From positions 124,001-188,000 of IMG/VR virus record IMGVR_UViG_3300027770_000027: 64,000 bases of DNA, one strand, 5' to 3'. The notes beneath the pieces are model-generated. The model searched no databases, was not told the origin of the DNA, and was given only the letters and a program-made list of their open reading frames with translations. Below are positions 51,243 through 60,579 of this stretch, piece by piece. How positions within the stretch are numbered: the stretch's first letter is position 1; each line of letters opens with the position of its first letter. A program made the position numbers and the translations under genes.

Positions 51243-51983
51243 TTATAATACTGTGCAATTATATTTTTGCCAATCAATGATTCGCGAATATTGTAGAGGA
51301 TCTACCTTTTTAAGTTGGATCCAGCCTGCCAATCTTGCTGAACAACTTGGACATTCTCCACATGACTTTTCGTGTTCGGTATAGCAAGTACGAGTTTGTG
51401 TAAAATCTACACCCAATTCAATTCCATATTCTATAATTTCTTTTTTTGTTTTATCAATTAAAGGTGCTTTAATTTCTATTTGTTTGCGCCTGTTCAAAGA
51501 AAGAATAGTATTTAACCGGTTCCTAAATCCTGGTGTACAATCCCAGAACCCAGAAGTATCATCTGCTTTGGCAGCTCCGTATAGAACATGTTCTGCTCCT
51601 ACACTTTCTGCCATACCAATTGCCAAAGACAAAAATATCATATTTCTATTGGGAACGTATGCAGTATTTTGTGGATCTCCGATAACCTCTTTCATTTTAG
51701 GAACATCTACGTCATCTCTTGTCAAGGCTGAATCAAATTTTAAAAATTTTAAAGCTAATGGAAATCTACTATACTTTATTTTTTCAGCATGTTTTGATTT
51801 AAAAATAATATTTGTAATATAATCCTCTGCTCTGGTTAATTCACTGATATTTCTTTGTCCGTAATCTATACCTAAAGCATATACTTGTTCATAATTTGTC
51901 AATGCATGATGCAAAACAACTGTGCTATCCATGCCACCACTGTATAAAACAACACAAGACTTCGGAGAAAACGATGTATCCAT
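51243..51983 (-). CDS. queC: 7-cyano-7-deazaguanine synthase
   Basis: SGGMDS, YGQRN, YVPNRN, DC, and TCY...CGECPSC Zn site. Confidence 0.93.
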   Translation of the reverse strand: MDTSFSPKSCVVLYSGGMDSTVVLHHALTNYEQVYALGIDYGQRNISELTRAEDYITNIIFKSKHAEKIKYSRFPLALKFLKFDSALTRDDVDVPKMKEVIGDPQNTAYVPNRNMIFLSLAIGMAESVGAEHVLYGAAKADDTSGFWDCTPGFRNRLNTILSLNRRKQIEIKAPLIDKTKKEIIEYGIELGVDFTQTRTCYTEHEKSCGECPSCSARLAGWIQLKKVDPLQYSRIIDWQKYNCTVL

Positions 51984-52001
51984 ATGGTAAATATAGTATA
52001 A

Positions 52002-52571
52002 ATGAAAACTTCGAAGAAATCTAGCAAAAAGAATCAAAAAGTGTATAGCAAAGCACAGAAAAGTGAAGTTGCACGAATTTTAAAGTCAAATCAGCAAGAA
52101 TGTGGGTGTGATGAATCTTATGTTCCATTTCTTAAAAGTTTTATCAAACATTTAGTAAGAGAAGCAGATGAAGCTCCAGCTGTAGAACCCCAGGACCCAC
52201 AAAGTTTTACACAAGATCAAAATCAAAAAGATTTTAAGGGATCTTTAGAGCCATCTACACAGCCAGACCAATTTGATACAGAAGGAACTGATCCAAATCT
52301 GGCTGCTGATGCTATTGCTTCTATTACAGAATGGTCGGGTAGATTGGAGGAGTTTGCAAAATTCTTAAATAGTCCGGATAGCCAGTCTTTACATGCTACA
52401 TTAGCAGCTCAGGATCGTCCGGGTTCTTTGTTAAGAGGAGTTACTCGTAAAGCATCTGATAGTATTACACGTATTGCAGGAGAAGTAGAAAAACTTAAAG
52501 AGGTTCTTAATCAATTTATTATTATGGCTCCTAAAAAACAAAGAGATACAGATCAACTTAAAATGGCTTAA
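52002..52571 (+). CDS. Hypothetical late protein (possible internal head protein)
   Basis: 189 aa; TAAATA at 51988-51993. Confidence 0.65.
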   Translation: MKTSKKSSKKNQKVYSKAQKSEVARILKSNQQECGCDESYVPFLKSFIKHLVREADEAPAVEPQDPQSFTQDQNQKDFKGSLEPSTQPDQFDTEGTDPNLAADAIASITEWSGRLEEFAKFLNSPDSQSLHATLAAQDRPGSLLRGVTRKASDSITRIAGEVEKLKEVLNQFIIMAPKKQRDTDQLKMA

Positions 52572-53533
52572 ACTTCATACAGAGAATCTAAAATTAAACT
52601 GTAAGGTATTTCGTCTATTCCTTCTTTTACTGCCCATTCATTGAAATCTTTGAATGGACTATTAGAAGGCCAGCGGAATACCTTTTGTTTTGCTGTTAAT
52701 AGCTCAAAAATCTTCTGCTTGGCAGCATCATCTTTGCGTGGATTGTCTAATATCCATATTTTTTCATGTAAAGGAAACTCTGATAACTGTTTTTGCTGTA
52801 ATGGTGTTAGATTTAGACCTGCCAAACTTACTCCATTTTGAACAAACATAGAATCTAGAGGACCTTCAAACAAGAAAATAGAATCCAATTCAATTTTTAC
52901 ACGCTCAATAGCATATACTGACTTATCATATCCCACTTTATTGAGATATCGAGGCTCAGAACCATCTAGAGAACGGGTTTGATACCAAACTATACGGTTA
53001 TTTCTATCTGTGTAAGGAATACATAGACGATTTTTGTGAAAAGAATCTGTTAAGCTAATATAATATGAAGAACTTTTATTTATAGCCGTATTTAATCTAC
53101 GATGCTCTATATAATCCAGTGCTTTCTGAAAATACTGATTAGTTCCATAATATATTTGTTGCTGTTTGTCATTAACATTGATGGAATCATATGGTAATAT
53201 GGGTTTTTCCTTAGAAGTTTGTTTACTTCCTTTATAATTCTCAGATACATCTATAGATATATCTCCGCTAAATGCTTCTGCTTCAATTTCTTCCCGAGAA
53301 AGACCTGACGACAATTCTATATAAGTCTGTGAATTCCATCCACGACCACAATTAAAACAATAAAAAGAGTTGGTTGAAGGATAATAGAATAATCTCTTTT
53401 TCTTCAACCAACTCTTTCCTTCTCTACAAATATTACAAGAAGCGTTGTAATTTCCGTCAAACTTTCGAAATACGGGTTCTCCCGAATGAGTATAAAACTT
53501 ACTCAACACATAATGTCCCGGGAGCTGCTTCAT
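52568..53533 (-). CDS. gp61: DNA primase (gp61-like)
   Basis: CNIC...CFNC Zn ribbon, RLCIP, FEGPLDSMF TOPRIM, KDFNE. Confidence 0.92.
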   Translation of the reverse strand: MKQLPGHYVLSKFYTHSGEPVFRKFDGNYNASCNICREGKSWLKKKRLFYYPSTNSFYCFNCGRGWNSQTYIELSSGLSREEIEAEAFSGDISIDVSENYKGSKQTSKEKPILPYDSINVNDKQQQIYYGTNQYFQKALDYIEHRRLNTAINKSSSYYISLTDSFHKNRLCIPYTDRNNRIVWYQTRSLDGSEPRYLNKVGYDKSVYAIERVKIELDSIFLFEGPLDSMFVQNGVSLAGLNLTPLQQKQLSEFPLHEKIWILDNPRKDDAAKQKIFELLTAKQKVFRWPSNSPFKDFNEWAVKEGIDEIPYSLILDSLYEV

Positions 53534-53553
53534 ATAAGCAGTATATAGGAATT

Positions 53554-54633
53554 TTAACCTTTAATCACGCTCATAGATTTGAAAATATTACTGTATAAAT
53601 GTTTGAAATCTACACTATCTTCTAATCCCATCTTTGGGGTCATGCCTCCAAGTGATTGTCGATGCAAATTTGCCAATTCTGCCTGCTTAGCTCTGTCTAA
53701 ATCTGCCGCCTGGTCTTCCTCAGATCCCATATCTGCTAGTGTTCCTCCGTTATCTTGCTTGGGAATGGCTGTCCATCCATCATCTGTTCTTTTAATTAAA
53801 TCTTTTCTGCCCAATTCTCCGGCTATTCCTCTTAGATATGATTTAATAGTAGCATCAGAGTCAGCATACTGTCTGGGAATTAAATTTCTATCAATCTTAG
53901 AAACCAATTCATTGTTCTCTAGAGGACCTTCTGCTTCAATCAGATCTAATAGAGCTTGTTGAATGTCTGATAAATCTAATTCTGCTCCTTCTTTTCCAGT
54001 AAATCCCGCTTTATCCGGTGTTGCTGCTGGTTCCTCATTTTTTTGAGAAGGAGTTTCTTCTGGTTCTGGTTCGACTGGAACCTCTTCAGTTTCTCCAGGT
54101 GTTTCTTCGGGAGAAACCTCTGTTTCAGCTGGTGTGTTTTCAGCTTCTTCGGATCCAGATCCTTCTTCATCTTTAATATCTTCTGAAGAAGCTTGTGGTA
54201 GGGCGGCTCCTGCTGGGTTGTTTCCAGATTCATCTGGAGTTTGAGTAATTAAATTCAAGCCGTAAAGATAATTTCCAATAGTTTTCATCCATTTTTCAGC
54301 TGGGGAAGCAGACCAACCTGCTGTATGTTTGAGAAAATCAAAAATAGCAGCCTGCATCTTTGCATTATCAGGATATGTTTTACCAGAACCATGTCCACTC
54401 TTAAGAAAAAGCTCTAAGGCCTTCCAAGCGTCCTGGCCATTATACTTTCCATCTCGAGCATTAGGCTTGCGTCGTTCACCAGAACGAGGATCTACATCAG
54501 TTTCAGTAAACTTATTTATCCAATCTGGTTTAGGCGCTCTGCTAACTGCGTCTAGAGCAGGAATTGTGATAGCGCCACGAGGAGCAGCCATTTCTTCTAA
54601 ATAATTTTCACAAAGATTTTCAAATAAACTCAT
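53554..54633 (-). CDS. Hypothetical acidic late protein (possible internal protein; wHTH-like segment)
   Basis: Starts MSLFENLCENYLEE; E/P-rich linker; TAAATA 6 nt upstream. Confidence 0.65.
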   Translation of the reverse strand: MSLFENLCENYLEEMAAPRGAITIPALDAVSRAPKPDWINKFTETDVDPRSGERRKPNARDGKYNGQDAWKALELFLKSGHGSGKTYPDNAKMQAAIFDFLKHTAGWSASPAEKWMKTIGNYLYGLNLITQTPDESGNNPAGAALPQASSEDIKDEEGSGSEEAENTPAETEVSPEETPGETEEVPVEPEPEETPSQKNEEPAATPDKAGFTGKEGAELDLSDIQQALLDLIEAEGPLENNELVSKIDRNLIPRQYADSDATIKSYLRGIAGELGRKDLIKRTDDGWTAIPKQDNGGTLADMGSEEDQAADLDRAKQAELANLHRQSLGGMTPKMGLEDSVDFKHLYSNIFKSMSVIKG

Positions 54634-54642
54634 ATATCTTAT

Positions 54643-55281
54643 TTATGGTGTCCAAATGTCAGATATCAAACTTTGTTCTTCACCAAATTGTTTACCATTC
54701 TCCTGTACGTACATGGTTGTTAATGCAATTCGCTGTTCTCTGGTACCAAAAATTTCAATAAAAGCAGCTGAATCTCCTTTTGGAAAAATTCTTCCATCCC
54801 CTTGCAAATAAGACTGATTAAAAACTTTAAAAATGTTATCAATTTCTTCTCGGTACACAGGATCTGTATCTCTAATACCATCTGCAACAATTTCAACTGG
54901 AGAAGCTTTGGTTAGTGGTAGAAAAAAAAGTATATCATATAGTCTCAATGTTTCTCTCACGAGGATTCTAGAAGTATCTAAGAACTTTTCAGACACCAAG
55001 CCATTCAAATGAAGCCAAGAAGAGTATGCTAGATTGTCTAGTACACACCGATCAAAAATTACAAAATCATTTTTACTATACTGAGTGGCTTGTTCTGCTA
55101 AAAAATCTAAAATTTGTCTTTGTGATTCTTCAGAGCCTTCTTTGTTGAGAGGGATATTGTTTTCCTTAACAAGATCTCTGTAAGTCTTCTCTGGAGTTTT
55201 ATACATCGGCCATTTTGCTAGAAAATCTTGAATGTATGTAGATTTACCAACACATTGGGTTCCTATTACAGCTATTTTCAT
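54643..55281 (-). CDS. P-loop nucleotide kinase (AAA_28-like), second copy
   Basis: GTQCVGKST, DRCVLDNLAYS, DGIR. Confidence 0.8.
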   Translation of the reverse strand: MKIAVIGTQCVGKSTYIQDFLAKWPMYKTPEKTYRDLVKENNIPLNKEGSEESQRQILDFLAEQATQYSKNDFVIFDRCVLDNLAYSSWLHLNGLVSEKFLDTSRILVRETLRLYDILFFLPLTKASPVEIVADGIRDTDPVYREEIDNIFKVFNQSYLQGDGRIFPKGDSAAFIEIFGTREQRIALTTMYVQENGKQFGEEQSLISDIWTP

Positions 55282-55284
55282 AAA

Positions 55285-55533
55285 TTAGTGTTTTAATAGT
55301 TCTGGAAAAAACTTTGTAAGTGTATTTTCATTCATAATTTCTTGTTTGTCAAGAAAAACATTGCATAAAGGTACATTGGGATGGGAACATCTTAGAGAAA
55401 CTGCCAAATTAATCATTTTTTCAATATCTTCACTATAAAGAGTATGATTTACACTAGGAATAGCACAAAAAAGTAGTGCTTCCAAAATTAATTGGACGTT
55501 TTCTTTAACTAATAACGGGTTGGTATTGGACAT
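55285..55533 (-). CDS. Hypothetical protein
   Basis: 82-aa ORF with AAGGA upstream. Confidence 0.55.
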   Translation of the reverse strand: MSNTNPLLVKENVQLILEALLFCAIPSVNHTLYSEDIEKMINLAVSLRCSHPNVPLCNVFLDKQEIMNENTLTKFFPELLKH

Positions 55534-55559
55534 ATGTCCTTTATACCCTTATTTTTAAA

Positions 55560-56294
55560 TTAGTCACCTGAAGTTACCATCATAGAGCCGGTACTATTAG
55601 TTGCTAGTATCTTTTTAATATTGTTATAGGTATCATCTGCGGCTTTTAATGCAGCTTCTAATTGAGAAGGATCTTGAGATAACTGTTCCATAGTATCTAA
55701 ATTGTCTGGAAGGGTCTCTAAAGTAGAATCTATAAAAGGATCTGCCGTTTGAACTTTATCCATTGGGGTGCTTAATGATTGAATACATACACCAATCATT
55801 AAAATTCTAGTTGCGGCATTCATTTTATGAATGACATCATCAATATTTACTTTTAGATTTGCATACTGTCCACCGTCTTTAATTCTTACAGCTGTTAAAA
55901 GAAGTTGTATGGCTTTTGCCGCCGTTTCAGGATTTCCTAATTGTTCATCTATTTTATCCAATTCTGTTAAACAGCGATTAATAACATCTTCTTTTGATTT
56001 TTCTCTTCTTATGCTATCTACATCTGTCAAGAAACACGCAGCTGCTAATTGTACTAATTGAATTCTGGCCAAAGCATCTTTTCCTGGTAGCACTGAAGTA
56101 TCCCCTTCTGGTGTTCCCGCTACAGGTGGTGTAGTGGCTGCGTCTGCTTGTGTTTCGGGTTCAGCTGGATTTAGTGCATCTTCCTCGTTTAATATTTTTT
56201 TAAGAAAATTGTCAAATTTTGAATATCTGTTTGAATTTTTACTCAAAGATATTTCTTCTTGTATTAAAGAAGTTAGAAATTTATTAGAAGCCAT
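55560..56294 (-). CDS. Hypothetical late protein (possible internal protein)
   Basis: KFDNFLKKILNEE; TAAATA 5 nt upstream. Confidence 0.65.
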   Translation of the reverse strand: MASNKFLTSLIQEEISLSKNSNRYSKFDNFLKKILNEEDALNPAEPETQADAATTPPVAGTPEGDTSVLPGKDALARIQLVQLAAACFLTDVDSIRREKSKEDVINRCLTELDKIDEQLGNPETAAKAIQLLLTAVRIKDGGQYANLKVNIDDVIHKMNAATRILMIGVCIQSLSTPMDKVQTADPFIDSTLETLPDNLDTMEQLSQDPSQLEAALKAADDTYNNIKKILATNSTGSMMVTSGD

Positions 56295-56305
56295 AATTCT
56301 ATTTA

Positions 56306-57670
56306 TTAAGCAATAACCTCTTTGACCACATTTCCGTATACATCTGTGAGCCTAAATGGTCTACCATTGTATTCATAAACAAGTTTGGTGTGATCAAATC
56401 CCATCAAAGCAAGCATGGTTGCATGGAGATCGTGAATATGAACAATATCTTTGACTGATTTACCTCCAGTTTCATCAGTCTCTCCGTAACGCTGCCCACC
56501 TTTAACTCCACCTCCGGCCATCCAAACACTAAAGGCTTTGCCGTTGTGATCTCTTCCTGGAGCGCCTACTCCACCACCTGCCTGGACTGTACGACCAAAT
56601 TCTCCACCCCAAACCACAAGAGTAGAATCCAGCATCCCTCTTTGCTTCAAGTCTGTAAGAAGAGCACCAAATGGCTGATCGTATCTTCCTGCAGTTCTTG
56701 TCATGGCGTTCTTAATATCCATGTGATGATCATAGCCACCTACATTCACCTGCACAAAACGAACTCCACGTTCAACCAAACGTCTTGCAAGCAACATCTT
56801 AGCCCCTTCCTCAGTTTCACCGTACAAAGCCTTTGCTTCTGCAGATTCTTTAGAGATATCAAAAGCATCAGTAGCTTCAGTTTGCATTTTAAATGCTGTT
56901 TCAAAAGCCTCGATGCGTGACTCAAGCTGGGCATCTCTTTGAAGTTTTGCGAGATGGTTTGAGTTCAGTGTATTTGCAAAATTAATCTGCCTTCTTTGTC
57001 TTTCAAGAGTAGAAAATTCGCTGCGAATGTTGGCTAAAATCTGTTCTGCTTTTATTCCTCTACGATATGATACGTTACAACCCTGATACATTCCTGGCAA
57101 GAAAGCACATTGTCTCCATTCTGAAGCTCCGTTTAAGGAAATAAATCCAGGCATGCTTTGATTCTCTGTACCCAGCCCATACACCATCCAAGATCCCATG
57201 CTAGGCTTGGAAAGCTGAGCAGATCCAGTTGCCATCATTTTTTGAGCAATATTATGATCTGGAATTTCTGTCTGCATGCTGTTAATGATAGCAATATCAT
57301 CAGCATGGCTTCCCAATTGAGACCAAACTTCTGAATAATGAATACCAGATTTTCCAAACTGTTTGAACTCAAAAGGAGAAGCTAGCAAATTGCCAAACTC
57401 ATGTTTTACTCCATCTCTCTTTTGAAGTTCTGGTTTGTAATCAAACGTGTCAACATGAGATGGTGCTCCAGTTGCAAACAAGTGAATGATAGATTTTGCT
57501 TTCACTGGCCAGTGAGGCTTTTTTGGAGCAGTTGGAGAAACTGCTTCAGCTGTCATTGGATTTAAACCATAAAGAGAAGCCAATGAAAGTCCTCCAAGTC
57601 CCCAACCAAAGTCGGTAAGGAATTCTCTACGTGTTTGTGGGTCGCTATTGTGATGTCCGCAGTCGCTCAT
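56306..57670 (-). CDS. DUF1501-family protein with twin-arginine signal
   Basis: TRREFL, PSHVDTFDYKP, ARRLVERGVRFVQ, YDHH, GEFGRT, GRDHN, DLHAT. Confidence 0.92.
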   Translation of the reverse strand: MSDCGHHNSDPQTRREFLTDFGWGLGGLSLASLYGLNPMTAEAVSPTAPKKPHWPVKAKSIIHLFATGAPSHVDTFDYKPELQKRDGVKHEFGNLLASPFEFKQFGKSGIHYSEVWSQLGSHADDIAIINSMQTEIPDHNIAQKMMATGSAQLSKPSMGSWMVYGLGTENQSMPGFISLNGASEWRQCAFLPGMYQGCNVSYRRGIKAEQILANIRSEFSTLERQRRQINFANTLNSNHLAKLQRDAQLESRIEAFETAFKMQTEATDAFDISKESAEAKALYGETEEGAKMLLARRLVERGVRFVQVNVGGYDHHMDIKNAMTRTAGRYDQPFGALLTDLKQRGMLDSTLVVWGGEFGRTVQAGGGVGAPGRDHNGKAFSVWMAGGGVKGGQRYGETDETGGKSVKDIVHIHDLHATMLALMGFDHTKLVYEYNGRPFRLTDVYGNVVKEVIA

Positions 57671-57676
57671 AAAATA

Positions 57677-58936
57677 TTAGGCTAAAAGTTCTTTTACTAC
57701 AGTCCCATTATACACTATTGCTACAGGACGTCCATCTGGAGTTTCTAGTTTAGAATCGGGATTAATTCCAATTTGATTATACATCGTAGCTGCAAGATTT
57801 TCTGGTGATAGAGCTGACTCTTCGACATCTCCGCCAGTAGCATCAGATGCTCCGTGAATATAACCTCTCTTAATACCTCCACCAGCTAGAGCTACTGAGA
57901 ATACTCTCGGCCAGTGATCTCTTCCGCCGTCTTTATTAATTTTAGGAGTACGACCAAATTCAGAACTTACCATAACAAGAGTAGAATCTAACATGCCACG
58001 TTGATCTAGATCTGTAATAAGAGCAGCATATGCTTGATCAAATGCAGGTAAGGTTTTGTTCATGTTTGCACCAATATTAGTATGCATGTCCCAACCACCA
58101 TAAGTGACAGATACAAAGCGTACTCCAGACTCTACCAACCGACGAGACATTAATAGTCTTTGACCTGCTTGATTAAGGCCATAAGCTTCTCTTAGGGCAT
58201 CTGATTCTTTAGTTAAATCAAAAGCTCCCTTCGCCTTTGGAGAAGAAATTAAATCATATGCTTGCTGATAGAAAGTATCCATTGCAGCAAGGTTGTCACT
58301 CTTTTCGAGATATCTAAAATGTTTATCTACGGTATCAAGAATACTACGTCTTTTATCAAATCGTTCTTCACTAACAGTTGATTGCAAATCTCTTACCTTA
58401 AATCCTGGAGCAGCTGGATCAGAGCCAAGACTAAAAGGACCGTAAGCGTTAGATAAATAACCAGTACCAGCGACTTCCCCATGAGCGTTAGGAACAGAAA
58501 CATAAGCTGGCAAACTATTACGACCACCTAATTGTTGAGCTGTTACTGAACCAAAAGAAGGATATGTCACAGCAGGAGATGGACGATAACCAGTAAACAT
58601 AGTGGATGTACCTCTTTCATGAGCTGCATCTCCGTGAGTCATGGAACGGACTACTGAAATTTTATCTGCAATTTTTGCTGTCTTTGCTAAATTTTCTGAA
58701 AAGTGGACTCCGGGAATTACTGTCTGCACAGATTTGAGAGGCCCTCTATACTCTGCAGGGGCTAAAGGTTTTGGATCCCACATTTCTTGCGCTGCAGCTC
58801 CACCGGGCAAATAAATGTGAATGACTGATTGAGCTTTTGGGGTGAGGGGCGACTCTGCTTGAAGTTTTAAGGCGTCTCCTAACGAAAGACCTAAACCTCC
58901 AAATAGACCAGTGTAAAGAAAATCACGTCTGTTCAT
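57677..58936 (-). CDS. DUF1501-family protein with twin-arginine signal
   Basis: MNRRDFL, WDPKP, SRRLVESGVRFV, GGWDMH, SEFGRTP, GRDHWP. Confidence 0.92.
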   Translation of the reverse strand: MNRRDFLYTGLFGGLGLSLGDALKLQAESPLTPKAQSVIHIYLPGGAAAQEMWDPKPLAPAEYRGPLKSVQTVIPGVHFSENLAKTAKIADKISVVRSMTHGDAAHERGTSTMFTGYRPSPAVTYPSFGSVTAQQLGGRNSLPAYVSVPNAHGEVAGTGYLSNAYGPFSLGSDPAAPGFKVRDLQSTVSEERFDKRRSILDTVDKHFRYLEKSDNLAAMDTFYQQAYDLISSPKAKGAFDLTKESDALREAYGLNQAGQRLLMSRRLVESGVRFVSVTYGGWDMHTNIGANMNKTLPAFDQAYAALITDLDQRGMLDSTLVMVSSEFGRTPKINKDGGRDHWPRVFSVALAGGGIKRGYIHGASDATGGDVEESALSPENLAATMYNQIGINPDSKLETPDGRPVAIVYNGTVVKELLA

Positions 58937-58941
58937 ATATC

Positions 58942-58947
58942 TATTTA
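58942..58947 (-). promoter_or_regulatory. Late-promoter motif TAAATA before the DUF1501 pair
   Basis: Overlaps the upstream stop codon; 5 nt before the ATG. Confidence 0.6.
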
Positions 58948-59220
58948 ATCTAGATCTGGGTCCGTTGCCTTAATAAGATAGGAATGACCGTCTTTTCTCA
59001 TCATCGCAAAAATGTTTAAAATGGATTTAGAAAACCACAATTGTTTATCATCATCTATACAAGCTAGATATCTATCATAGATTAAATACAATATAGAAGC
59101 AACCCACATTGGATCCATGTCATGTGTCTGTATATCTTTAATGGCTGGTAACCACATTTGATTTTTTTCAGAATAAATTCTTACAATTTTTATAATTTCT
59201 TCTATTTCTTTATCTTCCAT
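58945..59220 (-). CDS. Hypothetical protein
   Basis: 91-aa ORF in operon-like packing. Confidence 0.55.
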   Translation of the reverse strand: MEDKEIEEIIKIVRIYSEKNQMWLPAIKDIQTHDMDPMWVASILYLIYDRYLACIDDDKQLWFSKSILNIFAMMRKDGHSYLIKATDPDLD

Positions 59221-59221
59221 G

Positions 59222-60109
59222 TTATTTTTCCTTTAGGTAATCTAAAAATAATTGTTTATCAAACAAATTGTCGAGATCATCAAAAGGACATTCATATAAA
59301 CGGCGTCCAATCCAATCATAATCTTCTAAATAAGAATCTACAAGATGTCTATAATTAGGTGCTAATTGGGGACCCACATTAACATTACTAGAATATCCAA
59401 AAACTGTAGGAGAATTGCTTATCCAAGCAACTGCTGCCTTTTTATCTAAGGCGGTTGCTACGTGTTGAATTACAGAATCTATTAATATAAACTTATCTGA
59501 TAGATAGGTATAACAAAACAAATTACGTAAATTATCAGTTACTTGAATAGTGTTCTCTAATTTTGGTTGATTCTCTCTGCGTATGTGTAAAATTTTATTA
59601 AAATCCTTATGAACAGTATTAACTAAGTCTTGGGCAATTGCAAGTGGAATATCTCTGGCCCAAGAATAATCTACATCTTGTCCATCTGCTCCTCCGTTAG
59701 TTTGTAACAATAAAACTGGTCCTTGTTTGTTTACCAATTTAGCAGCATTAATGAGTTCTCTTTGAGTTAATGTTAATTGAGGTTTAATTTGTACACATTT
59801 AATACCAAATAGGTCACACCATACTTGCACTAAATGACTTTTTTTGTTTATAAAGTCACTACAATGATAAGGTTCGGTTCTTAAAATAATTGAATTTTTA
59901 TCCTTAACAAAGTCATCATAAAAATATGCAAATTGTCCAGTTTTATAAACTCTATAAATTAATGGATTATGAAGGAACACTTCCGGCCAGGCAGTTACCA
60001 CTATTAGTTTATGATCTGGATAAGCAGCTTTGATAGAAACACAAACAGCTGTTGCCATTACACTTTTTCCAGCGCCTCCGTCAATGTGAAAAATTACATA
60101 CTTGTCCAT
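59222..60109 (-). CDS. GT-B (GT9 / heptosyltransferase-like) glycosyltransferase
   Basis: DGGAGK..MAT, PEVFLHNP, IDSVIQH, PTVFGY. Confidence 0.65.
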   Translation of the reverse strand: MDKYVIFHIDGGAGKSVMATAVCVSIKAAYPDHKLIVVTAWPEVFLHNPLIYRVYKTGQFAYFYDDFVKDKNSIILRTEPYHCSDFINKKSHLVQVWCDLFGIKCVQIKPQLTLTQRELINAAKLVNKQGPVLLLQTNGGADGQDVDYSWARDIPLAIAQDLVNTVHKDFNKILHIRRENQPKLENTIQVTDNLRNLFCYTYLSDKFILIDSVIQHVATALDKKAAVAWISNSPTVFGYSSNVNVGPQLAPNYRHLVDSYLEDYDWIGRRLYECPFDDLDNLFDKQLFLDYLKEK

Positions 60110-60579
60110 TTTTTTGTTATTTTAATGATAAATTCTGTTTCTTCACCGGTGAGATCTACACATTTTAATCCTTTATAAAATCTTCCAGAAGTATTAAAAT
60201 TAAAAATATCTGGAATATTGTCGTAAAAATAAGTATTACAATTTTTTTTAAAAATTTTGTATATAGATTTTATTACAAATTCTTTATTGTCTATATAATT
60301 GTCAAAAATATCTGGTATAGTGTAGTTTTTACTAACTGTCAAAATCTTAATATTATAATTCTGATAAACAATTCTAATATCAAATATAATATCAGAAATT
60401 TCTTTTTCAACAAAAAATTTAAAATATTTTTCTCTACCGGTAATTTTTTTATTTTTAAGTAAATCCCATTCAGTGTACTTGTTAACAATACGGGTTAAAA
60501 AGCTATCCAAGTAATTATGGAAAGGGAAAATTATGATTCTCTGGGGTAAGTGTACAACCAGATGATCTTTAATGTTCAT
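60094..60579 (-). CDS. Hypothetical protein
   Basis: AT-rich ORF; likely start MNIKDHL. Confidence 0.5.
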   Translation of the reverse strand: MNIKDHLVVHLPQRIIIFPFHNYLDSFLTRIVNKYTEWDLLKNKKITGREKYFKFFVEKEISDIIFDIRIVYQNYNIKILTVSKNYTIPDIFDNYIDNKEFVIKSIYKIFKKNCNTYFYDNIPDIFNFNTSGRFYKGLKCVDLTGEETEFIIKITKKWTSM

